Source: Candidatus Micrarchaeota archaeon
GTDB lineage: Archaea > Micrarchaeota > Micrarchaeia > Micrarchaeales > Micrarchaeaceae
Length of the DNA stretch: 64,000 nt
Assembly (NCBI GenBank): GCA_027317945.1
Contig: DAHVQB010000001.1
Span: forward strand, 9,348 to 73,347
Direction: 5' to 3'
Shown here: positions 1-9,879 of the stretch, one piece after another
Position numbering within the stretch: the stretch's first letter is position 1
How the letters are laid out: each line of letters starts with the position of its first letter
Translations under genes and position numbers: made by a program
Notes under the pieces: generated by a model
What the model was told of the DNA's origin: nothing
What the model saw: only the letters and a program-made list of their open reading frames with translations
The model's database searches: none

Positions 1-1
1 C

Positions 2-2605
2 ACATCTGCAACATCAACAGTAAATTACTGCGCAGTGGGGTGCAGCAACAACCCGAACAGCCAAGCGTACAACGGATTTCCGCCGATAGGCCCACTAATG
101 CCATTGTGCAGTCCGGTTCCATCAGCGCTGCAGAGTGGCGGTTCCTACAGCAGTTGCATAAGCACGAGTAATCTAGGGAATATAGGCATGTCATCGGATT
201 TCAATGGCACGGATTACATAATGGCCAACATCATATTTCCCTACGGATCGCATTGGCCTGCAGAGCTTTTGGCATTCAAGCCATCGATCGAGAACTATAC
301 AAAGCTTTCATTGGGCGCAAGCTCCCCATACACATGCTATACTGGTTCTGCCTCCACCACGGGTCCATGCAATTATAACATTGAGATAGCCAGTTTGCGG
401 CCTCCTGTGATAGGGGTCCCGAGTTCATTCGAGTACGTCGAAAGCCAAGGGACTCCGTCAGTATTTTTGGCTCCAGGCACAAGCATACCTGCTTCTGGGG
501 CTATTGGGTCTGGAGGCGGCGGCTCTAACGAAGCCAATACTACTCTAAAAAACAATGGGGATTTGGTGAATGGCACTGGGCAATCAGTGCCAATAAATAA
601 TTTGCCTGGCTTAGGAAGCACGGGCTATAACTGTAGCAAGGGTACCCCCGGATGCACTGCGGGCACGCCTTATTTCGGCCCTGTAAACCTGACAAGCAGC
701 ATATCCGGATACGTGCTCGTGCCTTATAACGTTACGTATGAGCTGACACAGACTTACACCGATGTGCAATTGGCTCCGGGCAGCGACAACCCCCAGCCAA
801 ATCCACCTGGTAGCGACTGCCAATCCCAGAATGGTGTTATTTCTGGCTCTTTTGGTGTATCGTATCCGCCATACTATCAAACGTATACAATATATCCCTG
901 CGATTACGCATACCCGCAACCACCCCAGAACAGCTGCTCGTTCCCCGCTTCGAATTCGCAAACAACAGTCACCCAGTTCGCTTACGGCCAGGTGGACACC
1001 AAGGCATTCTCTCCTACTTCATCCATCACGGGCGAGATAGAGGGCGGTCCCACTTACCTCGAGCAGTCCGGCTCTGCCGCATTATACAATGCCAACCTGT
1101 CGGATGCCTCAATGATAATACCGCCTTACGTGGATTACGCTCTGTTCACCAACAGGGTATTCGGAGAAATCTATGTAAACCAAACATTCGGCTTCATGCC
1201 CAGCAGCAGGAAGACGATAATATCCCCGCCATACACTCTTGAAGGCTTCCAGAACCAGACATACCGGCTGTATTATGTCACGCAGGGTTCTCACCCAGGG
1301 TATGCTATAGAAGAAAGCTACCCGATGGGCAGTCCAGGCCTCGGCGTAACCGGTTTGCAGAGCTCCAGCCCGTATTATTACCTCAACAACCTGCCGCCGC
1401 TGTCCGGCTTCAAATCAGGCTTCAACTACTCCACCATAGGCAACACAATGGCCCCCAAGCCGCCGGTGGAACTATTCACCGTCTACCACACGTCTACGCA
1501 CCTGAATGACATGATACTGAACCTGACGGGCAGCGATGCTCTGCTTGGCTACAACAGGCTGATATACACATATGTGGACCGCTTCAATAACACGATATAC
1601 ATGCCGCTCAGCGTAGACTTCGCCAATATAACTACGATACAGTTGTCAGTCAATGCCAATCCTAACGTAACGAATCCGAACGAGACGAAGTTGTACATAA
1701 ACGGCACCGCGGGATTCGAGACGCCATGGGCGGTCGCCTCATCAGGCTCAATATTCCATCCCCTCCCGGCAGGCATGCCGATATACCTATATTACGATAA
1801 TAACCTGAATTTCTACAATCCCAACTACAATGACTTCCCCCCGATCGGCCAGCCGCCACGAGGCTTCGTATCGAAATCGCCAGGCGGTCTAGGCGCATAT
1901 CTAGAGTACGGTCTAAGATGTGCATACCCGTACAACGCATTGGCCAGCATCGGGTGCATGCTTGCCAACCCATCGAACAGCACTCCTCCGCCTACTGGTG
2001 AAGGCGGGATAGGCGCTCTAGAAGGCAATCTCACGACCTTTGCTACCCAGTTCAACCAGTCAGGCGCATGCACAGGCCCTCCGACGAGCTTGCTGCAGAC
2101 AACATCGCCAAATTGCAACATATACAATTCAATCACCGCGGTGGAGACGATAGGGAATGGCGAAGTGGCTTACTGCGTGCCTGAATTCAGCAACGGCACC
2201 GGCACACTGTCATCGCAGTTGGGACTGATGAAAATAACGAAGACCAATTCTGCAGGGCAGTTCAGCTTCAACACTACAGTCTGCGGCATAGGCCCGCACT
2301 CGGTAACTGCCAGGTACTACGGTTATCCGTATCCAGAACCTGCCACTTACCAGGAGACCCCGATAGGCGCATCCGGAGGCGCAAGCGAATTCTCCAACCT
2401 ATACCAGGCTCCGACACAGGAGTACAACTACTCGTATTCTGCGAACTATAGCGTCGCAACTTTCCAGATAGGGCTATTCCAGCTGGAGTATGGTGACGTG
2501 AGTGCTGCCATCACAATATTGGTGCTTATCTCTGCTGCGGCAGCTGCTTTCTATATGGGATTCAGGGGCAAAGGCCCGAAGACGAAGAAGCAGAGGCGCA
2601 AGTGA
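2..2605 (+). CDS. Large membrane-anchored surface (S-layer-like) glycoprotein candidate, probably 5'-partial
   Basis: The frame has no stop from nt 2 to the window edge, and the first candidate start is GTG at 35. The protein is rich in S/T/N/P/G/Y with many N-x-S/T sequons. It has one C-terminal hydrophobic helix (AAITILVLISAAAAAFYMGF) followed by the basic tail KGPKTKKQRRK. No family was recognised. Confidence 0.6.
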   Translation, partial: TSATSTVNYCAVGCSNNPNSQAYNGFPPIGPLMPLCSPVPSALQSGGSYSSCISTSNLGNIGMSSDFNGTDYIMANIIFPYGSHWPAELLAFKPSIENYTKLSLGASSPYTCYTGSASTTGPCNYNIEIASLRPPVIGVPSSFEYVESQGTPSVFLAPGTSIPASGAIGSGGGGSNEANTTLKNNGDLVNGTGQSVPINNLPGLGSTGYNCSKGTPGCTAGTPYFGPVNLTSSISGYVLVPYNVTYELTQTYTDVQLAPGSDNPQPNPPGSDCQSQNGVISGSFGVSYPPYYQTYTIYPCDYAYPQPPQNSCSFPASNSQTTVTQFAYGQVDTKAFSPTSSITGEIEGGPTYLEQSGSAALYNANLSDASMIIPPYVDYALFTNRVFGEIYVNQTFGFMPSSRKTIISPPYTLEGFQNQTYRLYYVTQGSHPGYAIEESYPMGSPGLGVTGLQSSSPYYYLNNLPPLSGFKSGFNYSTIGNTMAPKPPVELFTVYHTSTHLNDMILNLTGSDALLGYNRLIYTYVDRFNNTIYMPLSVDFANITTIQLSVNANPNVTNPNETKLYINGTAGFETPWAVASSGSIFHPLPAGMPIYLYYDNNLNFYNPNYNDFPPIGQPPRGFVSKSPGGLGAYLEYGLRCAYPYNALASIGCMLANPSNSTPPPTGEGGIGALEGNLTTFATQFNQSGACTGPPTSLLQTTSPNCNIYNSITAVETIGNGEVAYCVPEFSNGTGTLSSQLGLMKITKTNSAGQFSFNTTVCGIGPHSVTARYYGYPYPEPATYQETPIGASGGASEFSNLYQAPTQEYNYSYSANYSVATFQIGLFQLEYGDVSAAITILVLISAAAAAFYMGFRGKGPKTKKQRRK

Positions 2606-2612
2606 TTATCCA

Positions 2613-5189
2613 TCACTTGTATGTAACCTTGAGTATGGTCGTGTCCTGGTTCTGATATACGGGGGTTAGCGTGACGTTCGGGTTCACGTACGGGCACCTT
2701 CCGTTTATCCTGCACAGCAGCCCTATCTTGAAGAGGTTGCTCTCCGGCAGCGCACTGCCCAGTACGGCTGCGCTGAGCGTCCTCGTCCCATTGTAGGATA
2801 TCATGAGCGTGAGGTTAGCGGCAGCATTAGAAGTCGATGTTATATCGCTGTAGTTGCCGTCAGACGCGTTGTAGAATATAACGTTCTTCATTGGCCTGAA
2901 CGACTGTGAGCCGCCGGAGCACGGAACGTTGCATTTTATGTAAGCGTTGACGCTCTCGCCATGCGATGCGTTGGCCACGCTCACGGTCAGCATAGAAGTA
3001 TATACGCTTGACGTGTACATGAATTGCTTCTCTGTCGCGTTCTGCTGGGCGTTATACCCATTGAAGTTAACATAACCGAACCCCTGCTCGCTAGCATTGC
3101 TAAGGCTGCCTTCAGTGGCTATTCCGCCGAGTTCCTCGAGCCAGAACTCCCTGCCCACTATGTACTGCGGCTTGCCGTACTGGTAGAGGAATTCTGAGCT
3201 GTTGTCCGTGCTGAACAGGAAGTCCGAATAATTGTATATTATCTGCGAGGTCTGCCCCCCTACGCTGTCCATTATGCTGGTCCTGTTGGCCCATCCCTCG
3301 ACCACGCTTCCATCCGGCCACAGAGCCAGCACAGTGGCGTTGGCCGCCGTGTTGTTCTTCATCCAGCCCATCGCCTGCAGGAAGAGCGGGTTTATGCCGT
3401 CGGCTTGTGGCGTGTTTGCCGATTCCATCGCAGTAACATAAATGCCGTAAGCGAGCACAGCCACTATTATGATCGCGACTCCCACTCCTACGAACGGCTT
3501 TATGCTGCCCGCATCGTCGTATAGGAGCTTCCATAACGCGTAAATTCCGTAGGCCGAGAATATCGCCAACGGCACCGATGCCAAAGAGTTGAAGCGCTGT
3601 GCGCCTATGGCAAGGTAGAATGTCACCGCCATGTACCCTATCAATATCATGAACCCTGCCAGCACATCGTGCCTTCCCTGCATAAGGCCGGAGTCCTGCC
3701 TCAAAGCCTTTACCAGCAATACCGCAACAAACGCGACTGCTATCGGGACAAGCTCCACCAATGTGAATACGGAAGCCTGCTCGTTCGCCGTAGGCAGGAA
3801 GGTGATTATCAAGGAGCTGATGAAGAAGGCTGCTATGTAATAAACTACAACTGCCAGGGTCATCACGCTGATCCTGCCGCCGCCTGTCTTTCCTTCCTTG
3901 GTATCGTCAACCGCGCCGTGCAGCAGCATGAACAGCACTATCCCAATCGGTGCCAAGTACAGCTGGAAGCCGAAGCTGCTCCAAAGGAACGCATACGATG
4001 GCGGTTGAAGTTCCTGTATGGTGGCAAGCAGCGGATTCTGGGATGCAAGCTGCCCTCCTGCGCTGGCTACATAGGTAAGCTCGGAGCCGAACGGTATTGC
4101 CAGAAGGGCGATCCCTACTATGAAAGCCACGACAAGAAACCCTGCCCTGCCGGTCGGTGTGCTTACGAATCTTAGGCTATCAACCCTCTTGAGCAATTCA
4201 AGCGCCAGCACCGCGCCGACTACGATCGGCACATAGAAGATAAAGAAGCCCGATCCGGAAAGCACCTCCGGGCTCCTTATCATGTAAAGCAGCATGTACG
4301 CGCGCTCCAATGCGTAGGCGACAAGCAGCGCGGCCGCCATAAGCATGCTGCTCTCTATCATGCTCTTGCTGCCTGCTATGAATGCGTATACGATCAGGAG
4401 CAGCAGTATTACGATGTATATAGCTACCCCGAACGCCGCGCCGCCCCATACAAGTGTAGCCAGGCTGAGAGTGAATCCCGAAAGCAGCCCATACGCGATC
4501 CTGCGCCTGCCTTCGGAGCGGAAGATCATGTAAGCGAAGAGCAGGGCCATTATTATGAATATGGAAACGAAGCCGTCTCCCCTGTATATGAGCGCCGCTG
4601 TCCTAGCTATGTCGCCGCTCGATACCGCGACCATGAGCATTGCGAATAGGGACAATGCCCTGTTCTTGGATAGGAGCTTCACCAGGAAATAGGCGCCCAG
4701 CGCATCGAGCAGGCCGAAAAATACCGGCACAAGCCTCATCACCGTGTAATAACTGACGCCGAAATACTGCAGGACCGCATAAGGCAGCAGCGTGACCATG
4801 TACAGGCCGATGGGCTCGGTTATGCCGTTGTGCGGGAACAGACCGGAAATCCCTAGCCTCAAGGGCACCATGAACCCGTCCGCCAAAGACGCCCTTATAA
4901 CAGAATAATGGAAAAACCCGTCAGGCTCGAAGAATCCGGCATCTGAAATCATGCCAGATCGCAGCCAGATTGCAAGCAGTATTATCGCGATCAATAATAC
5001 TGCCAATACGTACATGTTGCCGGGTACTATGGCAGAGAGCCTCTGTAGCGCGCTTTGACCGTTTTCCGGAGCAGCATCCACGCCAGTTCCCTGCTCGGCA
5101 CCCTCATCCTGTGGCGCCTTGCCAAGTTCCCTCTGTATCCTATCCCATTCCTTATGCATCATACCCGCCGTAATCAAACCTATAAGCAT
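2613..5189 (-). CDS. aglB: AglB/STT3-family oligosaccharyltransferase (dolichyl-phosphooligosaccharide-protein glycotransferase)
   Basis: 858 aa. The N-terminal two thirds is polytopic membrane, with an acidic first loop (FFEPDGFFHY). The soluble C-terminal domain follows a degenerate WWDxG-like motif (VLALWPDGSVVEGWANRTSIMDSVGG). It lies convergent to the sequon-rich surface protein. Confidence 0.7.
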   Translation of the reverse strand: MLIGLITAGMMHKEWDRIQRELGKAPQDEGAEQGTGVDAAPENGQSALQRLSAIVPGNMYVLAVLLIAIILLAIWLRSGMISDAGFFEPDGFFHYSVIRASLADGFMVPLRLGISGLFPHNGITEPIGLYMVTLLPYAVLQYFGVSYYTVMRLVPVFFGLLDALGAYFLVKLLSKNRALSLFAMLMVAVSSGDIARTAALIYRGDGFVSIFIIMALLFAYMIFRSEGRRRIAYGLLSGFTLSLATLVWGGAAFGVAIYIVILLLLIVYAFIAGSKSMIESSMLMAAALLVAYALERAYMLLYMIRSPEVLSGSGFFIFYVPIVVGAVLALELLKRVDSLRFVSTPTGRAGFLVVAFIVGIALLAIPFGSELTYVASAGGQLASQNPLLATIQELQPPSYAFLWSSFGFQLYLAPIGIVLFMLLHGAVDDTKEGKTGGGRISVMTLAVVVYYIAAFFISSLIITFLPTANEQASVFTLVELVPIAVAFVAVLLVKALRQDSGLMQGRHDVLAGFMILIGYMAVTFYLAIGAQRFNSLASVPLAIFSAYGIYALWKLLYDDAGSIKPFVGVGVAIIIVAVLAYGIYVTAMESANTPQADGINPLFLQAMGWMKNNTAANATVLALWPDGSVVEGWANRTSIMDSVGGQTSQIIYNYSDFLFSTDNSSEFLYQYGKPQYIVGREFWLEELGGIATEGSLSNASEQGFGYVNFNGYNAQQNATEKQFMYTSSVYTSMLTVSVANASHGESVNAYIKCNVPCSGGSQSFRPMKNVIFYNASDGNYSDITSTSNAAANLTLMISYNGTRTLSAAVLGSALPESNLFKIGLLCRINGRCPYVNPNVTLTPVYQNQDTTILKVTYK

Positions 5190-5207
5190 GAATGTTTCAA
5201 CGTGAAT

Positions 5208-5837
5208 CTACTTATTCCTGTGTGAATATGACTTTGAATATCTGTATATCAAGTATACTCCAACTACCATGACGCCTGCTATAGTCAGCGCCAGTATGGC
5301 CGCGGATGGGTATGTGGCAGAATCCAAGGTCAGGTAGCCTATGGCCATCAGGGCCATGTCCCAAATCCCTGTGCCTGCTATCGAATACGCGAAAAACGTC
5401 TTCTTGTCCATCCTTGCGAAGCCCGCTGGGAAGCTCATCAGCGTCCTCAGCACGGGCACGAACCTGCTGAGGAACACCACTGCGACCCTGTTCCTGTTGA
5501 ACCATGAATCGAAGTCCTCTAGCGTGGATCTTTTGACCCTGAACAGCTTAATGTGCTTGTACACTATGTCCTTGCCTACGAAGTAGCCTATGTAGTAGTC
5601 GACTGCAAGGCCAAGAATGCTGCCGAGCAGCGCAGCCGCGAATGCCATCCAGAAGTTGAGCAGCCCTGTGGCTGCAAGGCCGCCAGCCAGCGGAAGGACA
5701 GCCTCGCTGGGTACAGGAAGTGAGGACCCCTCAAGGGCCATCAGCCCGAATATAGCTGCATAGCCGTAACTTGAAACCATGCTCGTCGCATAGGCATAGA
5801 GCCCGGATAGGGACGAAGCATAAACGAAATCGTACAT
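5208..5837 (-). CDS. DedA/SNARE-associated family membrane protein
   Basis: 209 aa with DedA-like motifs: LEGSSLPVPSEAVLPLAG and FLSRFVPVLRTLMSFPAGFARMDKKTFFAYSIAGTGIWD. Confidence 0.75.
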   Translation of the reverse strand: MYDFVYASSLSGLYAYATSMVSSYGYAAIFGLMALEGSSLPVPSEAVLPLAGGLAATGLLNFWMAFAAALLGSILGLAVDYYIGYFVGKDIVYKHIKLFRVKRSTLEDFDSWFNRNRVAVVFLSRFVPVLRTLMSFPAGFARMDKKTFFAYSIAGTGIWDMALMAIGYLTLDSATYPSAAILALTIAGVMVVGVYLIYRYSKSYSHRNK

Positions 5838-5897
5838 AAGTCACGCAGATTATTTCGTAAAGGTCTTATAAAATGCTATGCCAAATCCATATATCCT

Positions 5898-6926
5898 ATG
5901 AAAATAATAAAATTCAACGAGGGCGTAGGCTCCATGAGGCTAAGAGTGGATACGCTGGAGGACTTATGGACGCTGCAGAGGGTGCTGTTCCCAAACGACC
6001 TAGTGAAATCGGAGAGCGTCCGTCGCTTCAGGTCCAACGAGAGCGATGTCGGCGAGCTGAAGGATGTCGTAGTAAGGCTGAGGATCGAAAAGACGGAACT
6101 GGACAAGAATGCCGAGCGCCTGAGGATAATGGGCAAGATAGTAGAGGGCAAGCCCCTTGACTACATAAGGCTAAACAGCTACCATACCCTGAACATAGCC
6201 CCGTTCGATGAACTCGAGATCACAAAGGGCAGATGGCACGATTACATAGTCGATGTGCTGCGCAATGCCGTGTCCGACTCCAGGAGGCCAAGGCTGGGCC
6301 TGATAGTCGTAGATGACGAGAAGGCGCTTTCCGCGTACCTGCTCGGCTACGGCGTCCAGTTCGGCAACGAATTGTACAGCAGGCTCAGCAAGAGGATGAG
6401 CCAGAAGGATTTCACGGAAGCAGAGAACAAGTACTTCGCTGCCATAATAAGCCTCGCAGTGGGCATGAGGGCGGATACGGTTGTCATAGCGGGTCCGGGA
6501 TTCACCAAGGACGACGTGAAGAAGCGGATGGAGGAGTCCGGGGAAATGAAGAAGTCCTCAAAGAGGTTCATATTCGAGAACACGAGCAACACGGAGCGGT
6601 CGGGCATATACGAGCTAATAAGGAGCGATAAAGTGAGCAGGATACTGGAACGCGAGCGCATAAGGCAGGAGTTCGCGCTTATGGAGCAGTTCCTGACAGG
6701 ATTGTCCACCGGCCGGTCGAAGTACGGTGCGGATAACGTTTCAAATGCCATTGAGGAATATGAGGCGAAGGCAGTTTTGGTGAACGACAATCTCCTGGGG
6801 GAAATCGCGGTCCAGCAGGTTTTGGAGGGAGCGGAGCGCAACCACATAAAAATAGAGGTGTTCAACTCTGCCGATGAGGTCGGCCAGCAACTTGCCTCTT
6901 TCAAAGGGCTGGCGAGCATATCATAG
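5898..6926 (+). CDS. pelA: Pelota (Dom34) mRNA surveillance / ribosome rescue factor
   Basis: 342 aa. The N-terminus MKIIKF..MRLRVDTLEDLWTLQRVLFPNDLV is typical of archaeal pelota, with eRF1-like central and C-terminal domains. A TATA-like box lies about 30 nt upstream. Confidence 0.85.
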   Translation: MKIIKFNEGVGSMRLRVDTLEDLWTLQRVLFPNDLVKSESVRRFRSNESDVGELKDVVVRLRIEKTELDKNAERLRIMGKIVEGKPLDYIRLNSYHTLNIAPFDELEITKGRWHDYIVDVLRNAVSDSRRPRLGLIVVDDEKALSAYLLGYGVQFGNELYSRLSKRMSQKDFTEAENKYFAAIISLAVGMRADTVVIAGPGFTKDDVKKRMEESGEMKKSSKRFIFENTSNTERSGIYELIRSDKVSRILERERIRQEFALMEQFLTGLSTGRSKYGADNVSNAIEEYEAKAVLVNDNLLGEIAVQQVLEGAERNHIKIEVFNSADEVGQQLASFKGLASIS

Positions 6927-6969
6927 AGGAACCAATGCCGAAATTACTCGCTCATTGGTGCAGCGGCAA

Positions 6970-7113
6970 TCACTGCATAAGCTCGGCAAGGCGCCTGTTG
7001 CCGAACGGGTGCAGCTGGCCTATGGTGTTGCATTCGGCGCAATTCCTGCAGTGGTCGCCCACCTCAAATTTGCCGTCATCCTTTACCATGCATCCGCACC
7101 TCAGCATTATCAT
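6970..7113 (-). CDS. Small Cys-rich (putative zinc-binding) protein, 47 aa
   Basis: I translated this by hand because it is below the ORF-track cutoff: MIMLRCGCMVKDDGKFEVGDHCRNCAECNTIGQLHPFGNRRLAELMQ. It has an ATG start, a TGA stop and CxC...CxxCxxC spacing. The overlapping plus-strand ORFs look spurious. No family was recognised. Confidence 0.35.
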   Translation of the reverse strand: MIMLRCGCMVKDDGKFEVGDHCRNCAECNTIGQLHPFGNRRLAELMQ

Positions 7114-7347
7114 CAAATCAACGATCTAAATATCAAAGCAATATCTATTAATTACTATATACAAAGCTTGTGAGCAAGCCTATCCCGGCCCACAATCCAC
7201 TCCAACCCCTCTTATAAAAGGTATATAGCATTATTGCACCTTATATAAGCGAGATGCGCAACGAAATCCATTCTTTATCTCAGCGCTGCCGTACCTGCAT
7301 TGAACTAAGGGCAGCATACGCATCCTCTAAGATTGCGGCATGGTCCA

Positions 7348-8250
7348 ATGATGAGGATTGACACCAGTTTTGATCTGGACCTATCATATTCAATTAAAAT
7401 GAGCATACACAAGACTGCTGCAAGGCTGAAGTCCTTGGGCACAAAAGAATTCATAAATCCCCAGCTGTCTGCTCCGTCCATGCACCTCGTTTCCGCAGGC
7501 AGCAAGTACATGCGGTCTGCACTTGTTTTCATAGCGGCAACTGCCATAGGCAGGAAGCCGTCCGAATTCGTGGATCTGGCATCTGCAATCGAGTTGCTGC
7601 ATACTGCATCGCTCGTCCATGACGACATAATAGACAGGGACTCCATAAGGAGAGGGAGGCCCGCGGTCCATATAAAATACGGAATGGAGGCAGCCATACT
7701 GGCAGGCGATGCGCTTATCTCAAAGTCAATATCCCTGTCTACCAAGTACGGGCCGGAGGTGATCGGCTCGATATCCCACGCCGCGATGTGCATGTGCGCC
7801 GGCGAGATGCTGGATTTCAAGTTCCAGAAAAGCAAGCGCGTCCCTACGGTCAACGACTATACGAAGATCGCCACGCTCAAGAGCGCATCGCTGATAGGCA
7901 CTGCGGCAAGCATATCTGCCGTCTACGCGAAAAAGCCGGAGCTGGCTTCCAAGCTATACGAGTTCGGCAAGTACGCAGGAATAGCGTTCCAGATGCGCGA
8001 TGACATACTGAACTTCGCCGGCCTTAACGATTCCAGCAGGAAATCGACAGGCAATGACACTGCGAGGTTCAGGCCCAACATAGCAAAGGTCATACTTGAC
8101 TCGGATGGCGGCCGTGAGCATGCACTGCAAAGCGCAATAAAGCTCAACAACCGCTTCATAGACATTGCAAACAGGCAGCTGGAAGGGGAGGATGTGGCGC
8201 CCAGCCTTGCAGGCTACGCGAACTTGATAAGGCTGCGCCAGGAGCAATAG
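7348..8250 (+). CDS. idsA: Polyprenyl (geranylgeranyl) diphosphate synthase
   Basis: Both aspartate-rich motifs are present (LVHDDIIDRDSIRRGRP and FQMRDDILNF). I chose the in-frame ATG at 7348; the ORF track begins at TTG 7333. Confidence 0.85.
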   Translation: MMRIDTSFDLDLSYSIKMSIHKTAARLKSLGTKEFINPQLSAPSMHLVSAGSKYMRSALVFIAATAIGRKPSEFVDLASAIELLHTASLVHDDIIDRDSIRRGRPAVHIKYGMEAAILAGDALISKSISLSTKYGPEVIGSISHAAMCMCAGEMLDFKFQKSKRVPTVNDYTKIATLKSASLIGTAASISAVYAKKPELASKLYEFGKYAGIAFQMRDDILNFAGLNDSSRKSTGNDTARFRPNIAKVILDSDGGREHALQSAIKLNNRFIDIANRQLEGEDVAPSLAGYANLIRLRQEQ

Positions 8251-8288
8251 CTCCCTACCAATAATTTGCCTGACCTGTGGCAGCCCGT

Positions 8289-9818
8289 CTAAAATATGGG
8301 CCCGTATCTTTTGTCATTGTCCGGCCTTATGCCGAAGTACTTGAGCACTGTCGGCTCCATGTTGTAGACATAGAGCTTCTTCCTCTTTATCGCTGCGTAA
8401 TCCACTGCATTAGTATAGCTGAGCGCACCGAATACGCCGTTCCTTATGTGATCGCCGCTCTTGGGCGGCTCGGGATCCATGAACAGCCCCCCGCTTTTCA
8501 GGTAGCCGAACGCGTCTATTATGTAGCCGGGTCTTATCTCGGCCATTATGTCAGGCGCTATGAAAAGCTTCGTGCCCTCATAATATCCATCCGCGTCATA
8601 CGCGCCAACCATAAGCGGCTTCCCGTCCTCATTCTTTATCTTCATCAGCTTCGACATGAGCTCCTTTTTCAGCGCCTTCTTCTCGCTGCTGCTTACTATG
8701 CCGTTTTCGAACCTGCCGTCGTTTATGAATATGGTCGTTACTGGGCAGTTTGCTATGCTCGCGAATGCCCGCGTACCGTCCATGTCGTAGTCGAAGTCGT
8801 GCAGGCGCGTGTAATCCCCTGACGAGGTGCCCGCAAGCGTCCTGCTCAGCGCCCCCTTCACAAGTTTTTTGCCGGAACTGGGCAGCTTGTCATAGACTTT
8901 CTTGCGGAGCCCGCTCCTCATGAGCGACTCCCTGAGCTCATATTTTATGCTGCTCCCCTTCTTCCCGGAGACGTTCATTTCACCCTCAAGCTGCTTTGTC
9001 AGTTTGGCGTATCCGTTGTTTATCAGCCATCCGTTCATGAGGAACTTCCTGCGTATCAGCTGCCCGCCGTGGTCAGATATGAGCATCACGGTCGCATGCT
9101 CTTTCCTTGCCCTCACCAGCACCCATTCAATGAAATCGGAGATCCCCTTGTACATCGGCAAGACGCATCCCTTCCACTGGGGCTTGTTCAGAGAATAATG
9201 CTGCATCCTGTCCTGCTCCGTGAAGCATACGAATATGAAGTCGTAGTCCTTCTTTTCTATGAGCTCCTTGCTCATGGCGCTCCTGGCTTTTATGCCATGC
9301 ATATAGCCCCTGGAGCCCTCCTCGAGCGTTATGTCCCCGTGCTTGAGCTTAGTCTCCACCTCCGGTTCGCCCCTGAACGAGTATTTGTCTGCGATTGCCC
9401 TGAGCCTCTCAGAGCTGAACTTGGCCGGCAATGGGAATCCGGTTATCATGTCTATGTTGGGATCGTTCCCCACCTTCACGAGCATAGCCGGCGTCACGAT
9501 CAGGCTCTTAAGGCCTTTGGCGGAGAGTTTCTCCCAGAATGGCGCCTTTACCGATGGGTCATAATACACTACGCTCTTGGTGTAATTCGGCTCCATCTTG
9601 AAGAATTCGGGCACGCCGTGCACTCCCGGCCTGACTCCCGTGTATATGCTGGGCCATGAAGGGCCGGTCATCGGCGGCATCGTGGACTCCATGTCCATCA
9701 GGACCCCATTTTTGAAGAATTCCCCGAATCCTTTCATGCCGTATTCGGCATAGTTGTCCTTTATTATCCACAGCGGCGCCGAGTCCATGCCTATAACGTA
9801 AAGCTTCCTCTTCTGCAT
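8289..9818 (-). CDS. Alkaline-phosphatase-superfamily enzyme (type I phosphodiesterase/nucleotide pyrophosphatase family)
   Basis: The N-terminal core KLYVIGMDSAP ... PPMTGPSWPSIYTGVRPGVHGV matches the metal/nucleophile motif of the NPP/AP superfamily. I moved the start to ATG 9818 (MQKRKLYVIG) to avoid overlapping the divergent gene at 9880. Confidence 0.7.
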   Translation of the reverse strand: MQKRKLYVIGMDSAPLWIIKDNYAEYGMKGFGEFFKNGVLMDMESTMPPMTGPSWPSIYTGVRPGVHGVPEFFKMEPNYTKSVVYYDPSVKAPFWEKLSAKGLKSLIVTPAMLVKVGNDPNIDMITGFPLPAKFSSERLRAIADKYSFRGEPEVETKLKHGDITLEEGSRGYMHGIKARSAMSKELIEKKDYDFIFVCFTEQDRMQHYSLNKPQWKGCVLPMYKGISDFIEWVLVRARKEHATVMLISDHGGQLIRRKFLMNGWLINNGYAKLTKQLEGEMNVSGKKGSSIKYELRESLMRSGLRKKVYDKLPSSGKKLVKGALSRTLAGTSSGDYTRLHDFDYDMDGTRAFASIANCPVTTIFINDGRFENGIVSSSEKKALKKELMSKLMKIKNEDGKPLMVGAYDADGYYEGTKLFIAPDIMAEIRPGYIIDAFGYLKSGGLFMDPEPPKSGDHIRNGVFGALSYTNAVDYAAIKRKKLYVYNMEPTVLKYFGIRPDNDKRYGPIF

Positions 9819-9879
9819 CGAAATCGCCCTATACAAGCATGCAAAACGCTTTAAGCTTTGGATGCCATAGCCTAGATAT

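Noticed and set aside
8277-8822. 181-aa plus-strand ORF
   Set aside because: It is antisense to the well-supported AP-superfamily gene, and its R/Y/H-rich composition carries no motifs. The same reasoning applies to the other long antisense or alternate-frame ORFs, for example 22301-22906, 22531-23127, 42794-43327, 49076-49558, 56947-57606 and 58490-59098.
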